Part shown: in pieces, positions 24,690 to 37,741 of the stretch | Layout of the letters: each line of letters starts with the position of its first letter | Numbering within the stretch: the first letter of the stretch is position 1 | Origin: Rebecca billardiae RCC1528 | Taxonomy: Eukaryota > Protista > Haptophyta | DNA: 64,000 nt | Direction: 5' to 3' | NCBI GenBank assembly: GCA_965240325.2 | Contig: OZ251243.1 | Location: 806,001-870,000, forward strand | The notes under the pieces: model-generated | What the model was told of the DNA's origin: nothing | Seen by the model: only the letters and a program-made list of their open reading frames with translations | Database searches by the model: none | Position numbers and translations under genes: made by a program

Positions 24690-25190
24690 GTGCCGCATGT
24701 CGACCGCGATGGCGTAATCGAGCGCCTCGCCGCCGACGAAGCCGCCAGAGTAGATCATGTGCATGTCCTCCTGCCAGCCGAGAGCGGTCGTCGCGAGGAT
24801 GCTTGCCGATGTCCGCTCCAGGCATGATGGGCTCGGCGCAGGTCGCGTTGACGTCGTACACGGCCGCCACGCTGAGCACGAGCGCGTTGACGTTCACGCG
24901 GTCGTCGCTCTTCGCATCTTCGACAGGTCTGGTGCTCGTGTGCTCGGCGGCACGAGGAGCTGTGCGCACAGCGACAGCGTGTGCCACTCGCGATCGAGAG
25001 TGGGCAAGCGCTGCTCACGCGGGCACACGAATCGCAGCGCATCCGTCACCGGCGTGACGACTTCCGCCTCGTCCCGCAGCGCCTGCGCCATGGACGAGGA
25101 TGGCGCGGCGATGTTGCATGCTCGACGATTCATCTCTCTGCGGATGGCATCACGGGCTTGTCTGTGTCGCGCTGCGGCGAGGGTCGCCAA
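24690..25190 (-). pseudogene. Frameshifted coding-like remnant of unknown family
   Basis: Codon-biased segments in different frames (EAEVVTPVTDALRFVCP / VNVNALVLSVAAVYDVNATC / SILATTALGWQEDMHMIYSGGFVGGEALDYAIAVD), with no clean splice junctions linking them. Confidence 0.35.
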
Positions 25191-26983
25191 CTCGCGATGA
25201 CGCGGTTGCTACCACGGCGACAGACCCGGGAGGTGCGTCCGCTGCGCGTCGTACGCCGTTGGCGCTGCGCTTCCGTCGCATCGGTCACCGTCGACGCCAT
25301 GCAGGCCGGACGTGGGCTTCGGCTGAGGGACCGGACCGCGAGCGAGGACTGAGTCCGGTGCGCGGATTCCGGCGATCGAGTTCAGAAGGCCGCGCCAAAT
25401 CTTGCGTCGCGTGCGATGGCGCTTCCCGCCCGCGAGACACCTCGTGATGAGGGCCTTTCTGCACCGAGCTCGACGCGCGGCGGTGGATCGCGCGAGGCGG
25501 CCATCGTGCGCAGCGTCTGATGCTATGGCCGGTGCGAGCGTTCGACGTGCACGTCGGGCGAGGATCGCCCCAAGTCGCACGATCGTGTCGACGCGCCGAG
25601 CGTACCGCATCAAACGGGTCGATTTGGGCCCCGTTCGACCTGCACGCGAGACGACGAGGGCAGCAATCGCGAATCGGGCGAAAAAACCGTTCGGGAATCC
25701 TCTCACGATGTCCGCGCCGGCGTTGGATTTGGCGCGCGCGGCCCATGCGCTCCGCGCCATGCGGAAGATGTTTTCGGCCGAGCGTCCCCAGTGGGAGCTG
25801 CGAGGGCGCCCGGTAGTGAGCGAAGCGATTTTCTTTTCTTGGCGAGGCGATTTTCCTTTTCCTTTTTCTTTTTCTTATCTTTTTCCCGGGCACTACAAGG
25901 GGCGGACCTACGGCCCGCCATACAGGGTCCCCAACAATTGTTCGGACACTGATTTTTGCTGACTACGGCTGCATACGATCTAACGATGAGATGGGCCAGA
26001 GGCTCACATGAGCGCCATGGACCTTACTCCTCGGATGACGACAGGGTGTGGGTGCAGCGAGCGGCGCGCTCAGCGTGTGGCCAGGGCTGGCTTGGATGTA
26101 CAGCTCAACCGACTAGCTGTTGGCTCTGAACAGGTCCACGGAGCCCCCGCGGGTGGCATGCCTGCTGAAATTCGTATATCTGGCGCACGGTTGCATTTGG
26201 CGGCGGGCGGGTTGGTGCGCGCACTGGTGGGCCTCCAGCCGTTCGCTGCGGGTAGTGGTGCCGACTGTAGCCCTTGCCTGCACGGCCAGAGCCGATCGAT
26301 GGGCTGTGCAGCAGCTACTGTGCAAGAGAGGTGCGCAACTGGTAGGCTGGTCCGATCGGGCCGTATATACTCCTGGTGTAGCGCTACGTCCGGGCTTACC
26401 CAGGGCTGTCGAGCGCATGCCGCATAGTCATCGACCATGCCACGTGATCAATATCTGCGCGGCCTTGAGCGGGCTTGCTGGCTACAGACATGCGCAGAAG
26501 CCACACGCCCACGGCTGCTTCACGGCCCTCACGACCAGCCTTGTGCCGACTGTCCGCATGACCCAGCGGGGTGCTCAACGCGGGCTGCCCGGCTATGCGC
26601 GGTCGCAGACAGACCTAGTGGGGTGCACACGAGCCGAGCTGGCCGCTCCTGACCCCGCGCGAGGCAGCCACAGGCCGTACGCTGCTGAGCTATGCTGCCC
26701 AAAGTGTCCAGTCGTTTATTAATGTTGATGGCGGAGACCCGCCTTAGTATCAGTACATGCAAATAAATTTACAGCTAGCTAGCTATATATATATATATAT
26801 AATACTGGCACGCTCCGAGTCAGTATATAAGCAGCGGCCGCGCCATCTAATGAATTAATGACGCGATGATATGATCTGCTATAAAAGGCGCGCCCAATAA
26901 CGCCGAGCCACTGAGTACTGGTCAAGACGGACAAGGGCGGGCTACTCGTCTTCAGCAGACATCCGAGCCGCCGCTCAGTCTCA

Positions 26984-29900
26984 TCAGATCTCCGTGGCGA
27001 TGCCGTTTGCGATGGCCTTGTCGTGCTCGATCGCCTGCCGTATCCGTGGTAGGTAGGAGCGCACGACCTCGTTGAACCTCGACACGATCGCGATCTCGAC
27101 CGAGTGCACGATGCGCGCCTTGTCCTCCTCGCGGCTCGAGCGCGCGTACATGACGGCGAACGCGTCAAAGGACGCGATCACCCTGTCGCGCGCCGCCGCG
27201 TCGAACGCAACCGGCACCACCTCCACGTCGTCGAGCGTGCCGCCCAGGCTGAGCCACGTGTACAGTTCGCACACCGTCCACAGCCTGTCCGCGACCGTCG
27301 GCCCGGCGAGCAGCAGCAGCCGCCGGCACTTGGCGAGGTACACGACCATGTGGTGCAGGTGCTCGTGCGGCGAGAGTGACGGGTCGGCGCACATCGCGTC
27401 GAGCCACACGACGGGCAGCCTGCCGTGCGCCTCCGCCCAGCGCTGCGCCCACGCGCCCAGCGCGGCCTGCTTGTCCGACGGGCTGTCGTGCCATGAGTGC
27501 ACGAGGTAGAAGTCGACGTCGCTCCCCACGCCAACCGCGCCGATCGCCATGCTGTCGCTGAGCGCACGCGTCATCATTGAGCTGGGCATCCGGCTGTCGC
27601 GCCGGCCGAGGCCGTTGGCGGCCGCGCCGCCGGCGCCGCCGTGGGCGTTGCCCAGCGAGGCGCTCCCGTGCGCAACCGCCTTTCGCCGCTTGGTGGCGGC
27701 GGCGGCGGCGGCGGCGGCCGTCACGGCGCCCGGCTTGCCGGGCTCGCGCCCGGCGCCGCCCCAGCGGCGGAACGGCCCGCCGCGCCCGTGCTGCGACGTC
27801 GCCTTCCCCTTGTCCGCCGCGCGCCTGCCCTGGCCGATCAGGTAGAGCAGCTCCTCGTTCACCGGCGCGCCCACGAACACGATCAACGCGACGCGAATCA
27901 GCTCGGGGACCTCCGCCTCGTCCTTGGTGCCGAAGCCGATGAGCGGCGCGATCGGCGCGAGCGAGCCGTCGCCACCAGGCACGGTGACCATCTTGGCGAA
28001 GAGGGCGCGCGCGCTCAGGTGCATGTGCGGCCAGAGCAGGAGGCCACCCCAGAGGGATTTGTACACGGATCGAACGACCGTCGTGACGGCGACCGCCGTG
28101 CCGCGCTCGCCCGTCACCCAGCCGTTGAGAGAGCGCCGGAGCAGCACGACGATCGCCTCGCAGACCGTGCCGAAGCCGAGCGTCTGCAGCAGCGCGAGCA
28201 TCAGCGGCCGCACGCGCAGTCTGTAGATCCAAAGCGCGCGCGCGAGGAACACCGCGCACAGCCAGCGCGCAGCGCCGTACAGCACCTGCTCCCATAGGCG
28301 GTTGGACGCCTGCGCCGCGCCCGGCTGCGCCACCTCCACCAGGAACTCGATCAGGTACCCGAGGTTGAAGACGATGACGGCGAAGACGGTAAGCCGGACG
28401 TGTGGCAGGAAGGGTTGCGTCGGCTGCAGCGCGAGCGCGACCAGCGTCACCCCCGGCGTGAAGAGCATCGACGCGCCGTCCGTGCGCACGATCCCGAGGT
28501 CGGACGTCGTCGGGTCAGCCGGGCCGCCCGTCACGGCGCTCCAGTCTCTGTCCACCAGGAAGAGACCGAGCGCGCCCGCGGTGAGCAGCACGCCGCAGAG
28601 CGCGGTGGGCAGCGAGTACCGGCGCTGCCCTTTGCGCGCCTGCGCGAGCGCCGCCTCGAGCACCTTCTGCAGGTGCGCCGTGGGCAGCGGCTGCCCGGGC
28701 GCGCGCAGCACGCCGGTGATGGCGACGCTCTCAACCGCGCCGCCCGCGCCGCTCGAGATCGGCGCGACCGCGCTCAGGCTGTCGTCCAGCGTTCGCAGCC
28801 CGGGCCTGAGCGCGCCGCGGCCGTCCGCGGCGGCCGCGAGCGGCGCGCCGCCCGTGCGCGGCACGGGCAGGTGCCCGCCCGCATCGGCCGCCGCCGCCCC
28901 ACTCGCGCCGCGCGGCGCCACGCGCGCCGGGCCGCCCAGCCCCATGTTCCCAAGCCTGTCGCGGACGCGGCCCTCAGGCGAGGCGAGCCCGCGCGGGCCG
29001 GGCCCGCCGCTGCCACCCAGCCCGACCATGCTGTATGTCTCCTTGGTCGCGAGCGCCACCTCGTGGAACGTGTCCCGCAGCAGCTTGAGCACGTGCCGCA
29101 CGTCGATCGCGTGCTCCGAGCCCAAGAAGAGCGAGTGCTTCACGTGGTTCCGCACGTACACGGCCGAGCCTCCGCGCTCAAACAGGTGGTGCGTCAGCGG
29201 CAGCGCGGACATGAGCGCGAGCACGTCGTACGGCGTGACGTAGCCGTTGAGGTACGGGATGATGTTCTCCGACGCGCCGAGCTGCTCGTAGTTGTTCGCC
29301 TCGAACTCCTCCTGCTCCACGCCGCAGAACGTCTGGAAGTACCACTGCTTGGTGCAGCGCGCCGGCAGCCTCCCCTCGCACAGCTTCAGCCACAGCCCCT
29401 CCAACCCGAGGAACTGCGCGTCGGCAAGGTAGGTCATGATCGGGCAGTTGGTGCGCACGGCGAAGCTCTTGGCGAGCTGCATCGGCAGCATCGGCACCGC
29501 GTTGCGCGAGAGCACCGTCAGCGGCACCCCCCGGTCGAAGCAGAACGAGTAGACGTACGCGGCGCCCGCGCGGTCAAACTCATTGTTCACGGACGTGTCC
29601 GGCCGCCACTCGCCGTCGCTGCCGCGCTCAAGGCCGCCCATCACGACGACCTCGCGCGCCTTGGCGATGAAGAGCTCGGCGTTCGCCTGCATCAGGTCCG
29701 CCACGTCGCGCAGCGACGAGATGCACACGAACGTGATCCCCTGCTTGGGCGCGCTCCGCAGCACGCGCAGCAGCAGCGAGTGTCCGTCCTCCAGCCGCGT
29801 GCGCTGCACGTCCGCAAAGCCGCGCAGCTGGTACTCGTGCGGCTGTGCGGTGTACGGCTTGCCCTGGCTGCCGATGCCGACGGGGATCTCGCGCGTGCCG

Positions 29901-30424
29901 ATGCCATCGAGCAGGCACCGCGCGAGCCGCGCGCGCATGTCCGGCTGCTGCCCGCCTGGCGCGGCGCGCGCGACGCGCGGCGCGCACAGCCGGCCGCAGG
30001 GGCAGCCTCAGCGCCGCGCGCCTCCCGCGGCGCGCACGAGCGGGAGCAGCGTGCGAGGCGCGCGCGAGCGCCTGGGTGGCGTGCGTGCGTGCTCACCATT
30101 CGTCACAACCGCGTGCAGCACCACGTCGCCCTGCTTGTGCAGCACGCCAGCAATGAGCAGTGCTGCAGTGGGCAGAAGCGCGCGCGGCACAGCATCGAGG
30201 GCGCGCGCGCGCGTGCCGCAAGCGGCGGAGCGGATCAGCACGCGGCTGAGGATGCGCGCACGGCAATGCGCCGTGCGCCGCGCGAGCGATCGACGCACGC
30301 GCCAGCCCTCCAGCCACGCACCCTTGATGTCGTCCGGGTCCGGCCCCGGATCGGTCGTGATCACGATTCCAAACGGCTCGCGCTTCTGCAGCCCGAAGCG
30401 GGCGAGGAGCTTTTCCTTCACCAT
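26984..30424 (-). CDS. Nucleoside-hydrolase-like domain + ~6 TM + C-terminal TIR/HET-like domain fusion (~1046 aa, 3 exons)
   Basis: Exons 30424-30322, 30162-30097 and 29955-26984 join in frame via GT-AG introns. NH motifs IVITTDPGPDPDD, AVVTNGG, EIPVGIG, VVVMGG, NNEFD..A, PYD.L. C-terminal DFYLVHSW..VWLDAMC..LAKCRRLLLLAGPT..DRLWTVCELY. Confidence 0.8.
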
Positions 30425-31294
30425 GCTCCGACGAGCGCTGAGGCCGACACCGGCCTCCTCCCAGTCCCACCCAGGAGGGCGCGCACGTCAGCGCCGAGCC
30501 GCCACCCTGGGCCGTGCAGCTTGCCCGCCCCACGCCGGGCTGCCGGGCTCCAGCACCGCTGCGAATGGGCGTCGCCAAGCAAAGAGCTCTGCTCTGGTCA
30601 GGCTCTTGTCCTTCCATTGTCAGCGTTGCCCAGTCAGGTAACGCTGACAAGGTACTACACTATGGGGTACACTATGGGGTAATACCTTTGCTACTGCTAA
30701 ACTGTATTGTACTAAGAAACGAGGTACGCACAGTCGCACACGGCTCAGGCACTGGCGAGATTGACGCCCGCCAACTGTCACCGCCCATGAAGCTGTCGCC
30801 GATGCGGTACAGTACACGGCAAAATGCTCGCGGCTTGCCCGGCCGCTGCTACTACGCAGTGAGCAGTGTCGCCCCCATGCCCGCATGGCACGATGACGAT
30901 CGCACGAGCGGCGCGGCTGCCCTCCGGCTCACCGTGCCTTGTCAGCTGCGTCGCGCCCGGCCCCGTATCCGGTTGGCGTCCCAGATCAAGATGACACAAA
31001 GCGCGCGACTACTGTTCTCGACACCGGCTCCACGCGCTCCGACGCCACTGTCACCTTGTCGAGCTTGAGTCTGAGTCAGCCTTGAGCGCGGCCGGACCGG
31101 CGGCCAGCCGCAGCCCCCGCGAACCCGCTTGCAGGCAGCTCAGGCACCGCCGCTGGCAAGCAGGGGGTGCGTGCGGAGGCACGTGCAGGCGCGCTCGGGG
31201 GGGGGGGGGTGCACGGTCCACCAGCGCCAGTGAGCGCGGGCATGAGCCTGCGAGGCCAGCAGCCTTCCCACCCCGTATGGGGACCGCACGCGCC

Positions 31295-32085
31295 TCATTG
31301 GGAGTGCGCGTGCCACGGGAAGCCGAGGCTGAAGTCCGGTGGCCCATCGATCATGCCCTTTGTGCAGAAGTCGCTGTTGCGCAGGCTGCACTGCACAGCG
31401 CAGCACAGGCTGTGCGCGCGGTGCGGTGCGCGAAGGGGTGGCAGAGGGCGCGTGGGGCAGGGGCAGCAGCACGGGCGGCTGAGGACACACCATCGGTCCG
31501 TCGCGAGGGTGAGCTCGGCTGGCTCCCCGGAGGCCATGCCGCGCGCGCGCGCACACCACATGCAGCGGAAGAAGTCGACGCCCCACGTGTCGTTGAGGCC
31601 CTTCTTGCGCGCACATCCGTGCGGGTCATGGTGCTGCAGCCCAGGCCAACATCTATGCCTGCGGGCGGCGCGTGAGGCGGCGGTGAGCCGGGATCCGTGT
31701 GAATGCCCCGAGAAGACACGATGCGGAGTGGCTGGCGGGGTGGGCGCATCGCATGCACGGGCGCACACTCCAGGCACGTGAAGCCCTTGTGCCCCTCTCT
31801 GGCGGGCGGATTACGCGAGCAGAAGCCGGGAGATGTCGCGACCTCGGACTTCTTCTCGTCGGGCTTGCTGGCCGTAGTGCGTTGGCGACCGTGGTGCGGG
31901 TTGCGCTCGTGCGCGACGGGCAGCTCCAGGTCGTCGTGCTGCAGCACCCACTTCAGGCGCGAGGGGGCAAAGCGCGCGATACTCTCCCCGGGGAGCTCGT
32001 GGATGGCGACGAGCCCGAGCAGCACGAGCGCGAGGACTGCTGTGACGGACACGGCACGGCGCGACGCTGCCCAGCGTCCCGACAT
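31295..32085 (-). CDS. Small Cys-rich membrane-anchored or secreted protein of unknown function (3 exons)
   Basis: N-terminal hydrophobic AVLALVLLGLVAI. GT-AG splices near 31768/31653 and 31556/31410 give TCLECWPGLQHHDPHGC..FFRCMCLCCAVQC..FC..FPWHAHSQ*. Confidence 0.55.
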
Positions 32086-32352
32086 GCTCAAATTTCTGAT
32101 GAGAGCAAGATGAGAGTGCGCGTGTAGTGCCTGACGCGTGCGCAGTCCTTGGCGGTTGCCGTTACGTACGTAGTCCGGTGGGGTCCTGGCCTAATGGCAC
32201 ATTGGTGAGCAACCCTCGCGCGCGCGAAGGCGCGAAGCGATACTGGTACCCGGGAATCTCTCGTGGGCGGACTATCTATGGTTAATATTGGCCCTTGAAG
32301 CTGGGTGCAGGCGGCAAAAACTGGGGGCTGGGGCAGTCAGCAGTCATTCGCG

Positions 32353-35300
32353 ATGCGCGGTGGGCGGGCCCTCGAGCCTCCGCCGGCGCGCACGCCGCGG
32401 CGGAGCAAGCGCGACTCGGCCGCTGGGGCAGAGGGCGGCTCGCGCCATCAGTCGCTTTCCGCTCGCACGCCTCCCACAGTCCTCGCACCCGCCTCCGCGC
32501 CCATCCCCCCGCCCGCGCCATCGCCGCCGCGCCTGCCCATCGACTCCTCTTCGAGGGGCCCGCTCGACTCCTCTACAAGGGCCCCGCTCTCGCCGAAGAA
32601 GCAGGCCACGAAGACGGCGGCGCAGATGCGTCGCGGCACGCATCGGCACGGCACCTTCACCGACCTGTTCGGCGGTGCCGTGCGCCGCATCAGCTCCGGC
32701 GCCCACATGGAGAGCTCCTCGGCGCACAGCGGCCGGACCGGCCGCGGCGCCGCCGCCGAGCCAAAGCGCGACGAGCCGGCGAAGAAGATGGGCATGTTCC
32801 AGGGCGTGATCGTGCCGACGTGCGCGAACATGTGGGGCGTGCTGATCTTCCTGCGCTTCAACAACATCGTCGGGCAGGCCGGCCTCGGCGAGGCGCTCGT
32901 CATCGCCGTGCTCGCGTACACGGCAGCGCTGCTCACGACGCTCTCGCTCTCGGCGATCGCGACGTGCGGCGCGTCCTCGAAGCAGGGCGTGTTCCCGATG
33001 CTCTCGCGCGCGCTCGGGCGCGAGCTCGCCACCGCCATCGCGCTCATGTACTTCCTCGGCATCACCCTCGGCGCCGTCCTCGAGTCGCTCGGCGCGTGCG
33101 AGGTGTGGATTGCTCTGGACCCGTCGTTTGGCGGATTCTTCTGGGATGTGCAGCTCTGGGGCTCGGTGTTCATGGCGGGGCTGGCGCTGCTCGTGCTCGG
33201 GGGCATGCGGCTCGTGTCGCAGCTCGGGATGGGCTTCTTCGTCGTCACGCTGTGCACGCTGCTCGCCTTCTACGTCTCGCTCATCGGCGCGCCCAACCTC
33301 GCGTCGGCCGAGCCGGAGCCCGCGCTCGGCGCGACGACGGCGGGCGCGTCCGCGGGCGCCGAGTACGAGCTGGGGCTGTCGGCGGAGCACCTGAGCGCGA
33401 ACCTGTCGCCGGGGTACACTGAGGGGCAGTCGTTCTCCACCAACCTCGCCCTCTTCTTCCCCGCCTTCACCGGCTTCCTCTCGGGCGCCAACCGCGCGTC
33501 GTCGCTCGCCAACCCGTCAGCGGGCATCCCGTACGGCACTCTGAGCGGGATCACGATCTCGTTCGTCGTGTACACGGCGTACATGCTGCTGTGGGCGGCG
33601 GTGGGCGAGCGCGAGTTCTTGCAGCTGGCGCGGGGCCACCTCGAGGCGCTGATCTGGCCATCCGTCACCGCCGTCCGCATCGGCATCGTCGTCACCTCGC
33701 TCGGGCAGGCGCTGCAGAACTTGGTCGTCGCGCCGCTGCTGCTGCAGTCCGTTGCGCAGGAGGGCGTGCTTCGCGTGCTCAACCCGTTCGCCGTGCGGCA
33801 CAAGGGCGAGCCGAAGCGCGCGCTGGCGGTGGCGTACGTCGTGGGCGCGCTGTGCGTGCTCATCGGCTCGCTCGACCTCGTCGCGCCGCTCCTCTCCATG
33901 TGCTTCCTGCTGTGCTACGCGTCGATGAACCTCACCTGCTTTGTCCTCGACCTCCTCCAGGACCCTTCGTGGCGGCCCAAATGGCGCTACTTCCACTGGA
34001 GCACGGGGCTGGCGGGGTTCGTGCTGTGCGTCGGGCTGATGTTCGCGATCTCGTTCATCTACGCGCTCATCGCGTGGGCGTGCGCCGGCATGATCGTGCT
34101 CTACATCCTCCGCCACTCCGCCGAGACCGACTGGGGCTCGGCGCTCCACGGGCTGCGCTTTAAGCTGGCGATGCGCTCGCTCGCCGCGATCGACATGCAG
34201 GCGCATCTCGAGATCGCGTGGTGCCCGCAGGTGCTGCTCATGTACCAGCTGCAGGTGGACGAGGAGGTGGACGAGGCCGACGCGAACGCGCCGGGGTACG
34301 AGCCCGCCGACCCCAGCATCTGGGGCGGCGTCGGCGGCAGCACCGCCGACGTCGACGGCCGCGACCGGCGCGCCGGCAGCATCGGCGTGGCGAGCGTGGG
34401 CTCGTCGATCGCCGGCCCGGCCGCGGGCGCGATCGGCACGTCGCGGGGCGGGCACACGCACAAGGTGATGATCTCGCTCGCTGACCAGCTGCGCAAGGGC
34501 CAGGGACTCGTCATCGCCGCCGCCATCGTGCCGCTGCTGAAGGACGAGGGCATGAGCGATCCGGATGTGAGCGCACGCGCGCTCGCGCGTCGCGCGCGCG
34601 CGCGCCCGAGTGTGCGGCGCGGCGCGGCTGCGCGGCGCCGCACCGCGCCGCGCCGCGCGCGCACGGCCGGCGGCCGAGCCGTGGGCGTGCTCGCGCGTGC
34701 GCCGCGTGCGCGCGGCGCCGCACGGCGCGAGCCATGCCCTTCGCCACGCGCGCACTCGCGCTGCGCACTCTTGCCCGCGGCCGCGCGCGTGAGGCGTGCG
34801 CGCCGCTCGCGCTCAGCCGCGCCCGTGCGCCCGCCGCCCCGCGCCGCGCGCCCGCTCCGACGAACGCTCGCGCGTCGGCCGCGCGGCGCGCAGCTGATCG
34901 AGTACGCCGAGTCGGAGAAGAAGTACATGGCGCACCTCTTCAAGCGGATCGGGCTGCAGGGCTTCCCCATGACCGTGCTCTCGCGCGACCCGTTTGAAGG
35001 CAAAGCGTATGCGATCCAATGCGCGGGCCTCGGGCCGCTCACGCCCAACACGGTGCTGATGGGGTGGCCGTGGTGGTGGCGCTCGGACGCGCCGACGATC
35101 GTGCCCGCTTTCCTCGAGAGCATCCACCAGTGCACGCGGCTGCACAAGGCCGTGGTGATCGGCAAGAACCTCAACGTGCGCCCGCGCTGCCACCGCGCGC
35201 CCGCGCTGCCACCGCGCGCCCGCGCTGCCACCGCGCGCGCGCGCCGCGCGCCCGCGCGCCCTGCCGCCGCGCTGACTCGCCCTCGCCCTCGCACGCCGCG

Positions 35301-37152
35301 CCGCGCCGCATTTCCGCGCGCGCGCCCACAGCACTTCCCCACGCACGAGTCACTGCCCATGCCCGGCGGGTACATCGACGTCTGGTGGATCCGCCATGAC
35401 GGCGGTCTGCTGCTGCTGCTGTCAAACTTACTCAAGAAGCACAAACTGTGGAGGCGGTGCCACCTGCGGCTCCACCTCGTCACGGACTCGCTCACCGAGC
35501 CCGCGCTGATCCGCGACCGGATGCACAAGCTGCTCACGATGATCAACATCTCGGCGTCGGTGGAGGAGGTGGTGCGCGTGAGCGAGGGCTCGATGCTGCC
35601 CTACATGACGCGGTGCGCGCGCGCACCCGGCCTGGCCGCTCGGAGCCCATTCGGAGGCCGAGGGGAATGATTCAATTTGTTTATTTGTGTCGCCGCGCGC
35701 GCCCGCTCGCGCCGAGAGTGCCCGCGCGGCGCCGAGACACGCGCAGGGAGGGAGCGAGACACGTGCGCACGCGGCCGCGCCCGCTGCGGCGCGCGCGCGA
35801 AAGCACTCAGCGCGCGCCGCCCCCGCCGCCGCGCCGCCCACGCCCCGCCCGCTGCTCATGCAACCAGCAGCGCCGCGGACGGCGGAGACGCGCACGAGGC
35901 GGATGACGAGCTGCTGTGCGCGCCGGACGACAACGCGATGCCCGAGCAGCTGCTGCTCGAGGCGGTGCACGCGGCGGGCGCCACCCGGCGGCACTCGGTC
36001 GCGCCGCCGTCCGGCAGCGCGACCGACATCCGCGCGATGCTGGGTGCGCGCGCCGCGGTGGCGGGCCCAGACGGTCGTCCATCGGTTGCGCGCTCGCCGT
36101 CGATGCCGGGGGCGGACCTGGAGGTCGGCCGCCCCGCGGGCTGCAGGCTCTCGGCCGGCGGCACCGCCGGCCCGGCGCGGCGGCACAGCTTGCGATCCGG
36201 TCGGTACAGCCGCTCGGACTCGGGCCGGCGCGCCGCTGCGGACGTGGGCGGAGGCCACGAGAGCGATGACGAGGACTCCGAACCAGTGCGCCCAGTGCGC
36301 CGTCGCTCCGTCGCAACCGCCGGCGTCGCGGCCAACGTCGGCTCGCGCACCTCCACCGCGCAGACCTCCACGCCCTCGCCGCGCGGCGCGGCGCAGGGCT
36401 CGTCGCTCTCGTCCGCAGCGCCGATGGCGGCGGCTGGCGCGATCGCGCCGTCATTGTCCGCACCGCTGCCCACGACGGCGAGCCCGCACTCGGCGCGGCT
36501 CCAGCGACATGGCACGGACGACGGGACGCGCGCCGGCGCGCCCGGCGCGGATGGCACGGATGCGCCGCCGCCGCCCGCGCCGCCCGTCGAGCCGCCGCCC
36601 TCGCCCGGGCCGCCGGCACCGCCGATGCCGCCGTCGCCGCCGCGCGGCGCAGGCGGAGCGGGCGTGCGCGCGGCGCCAGACGACGGCAGTGCGCACAGCC
36701 GGCCGCGATCTGCGCAGCCCAGCCCGCCGGGCTCGGCGGGGCTGCCGTCGCGTGCGCCGCGCGACCTCCTCAAGTTCGTCACGCGGAACGCGCTCAACCC
36801 GCAGCAGGCGGACGAGCTGTGCAACATCTTCGAGAGCGCCACCGCCAAGTCGGCCGCGGCCGCGGCCGCTGCGGCCGCCGCGGAGGAGGCGCCCGCGGCT
36901 GAGCAGCGCGCGTGGTCGTGGGAGGAGATCCACGAGATTATCGTGCAGCGCTCGCGGCAGTCGCAGCTCGTGCTGATCAACCTGCCCGACCCGCCCGAGG
37001 CCGAGCGCACCGAGTCCACCCTCCACTCCGCCTCGGATATCGAGGACATGGTGCACTACATGGAGTACATGGAGGGGCTGAGCGCCTCGCTGCCGCGCGT
37101 GCTCTTCGTGCACGGCGCGGGGCAGGAGGTCATCCGCTTCGACCTGCTCTGA
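32353..37152 (+). CDS. SLC12/CCC cation-chloride cotransporter
   Basis: KMGMFQGVIVPT..NMWGVLIFLR, TTLSLSAIAT, FFPAFTGFLSGANR, APLLSMCFLLCY, PSWRPKWRYFHW, DWG, IDVWWIRHDGGLLLLL, LVLINLP, LPRVLFVHG.G.EVI. Introns 34567-34893, 35176-35331 and 35613-~35867. Start codon is uncertain. Confidence 0.92.
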
Positions 37153-37741
37153 TCGCGCGCGCGGCGTGAGGGCGCATTGGGGGGAGCATGGCGGTGGGTT
37201 CACCCGAGCGCGCACACCGATGTCCACGACGTGCGCAGCCTCTGCGATGGCAGCAGTCGGCAGGCGGGCCCGTTGTTTCAACGTCCGCCGGGTCGCGCGG
37301 TCGGCTTGGGGGCGGCCGGGCGGCGTGTCCTGGCACACAGACCGTGGCGCGGCGCGCTGAGAAGCTGACAGCTATACAGTAGTACGCATAGGCACTGCCA
37401 CGAGTACAGCATCCCATGATGGCAAGCCGTCCGCCGGGGCTCCTGTGCCGGGGAGGCGCTCAGGCGCACGCCCGTCGCCGCGTCGCCCTCCGGCTCCCGG
37501 TCGGTGGTTCCGCGGGGGGCACGTCCGAGTTCCGACCGGGACGGCCACCGGAGCGATCTCTGGTTCCGATTTCCAGATTCCGACCGAGGCCCGGGAGTCC
37601 GGGACACAAAAAGGAAAAGGGCAGCCTTCTCGGCCACGGGCCTCGGCGTAACGAGGGCGGACTGGTCCCATCTGTCGCCGTTTTTACCGTTGGCACGGGA
37701 GACGCCGGGCACCCAGCACGGCCGGAACGAACGCACACGGA

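Noticed and set aside
25830-25960. T-rich tract plus GC hairpin (ggcgg..ccgcc) as another element terminus or terminator
   Set aside because: It occurs once in the window with no matching partner end, so it cannot be supported.
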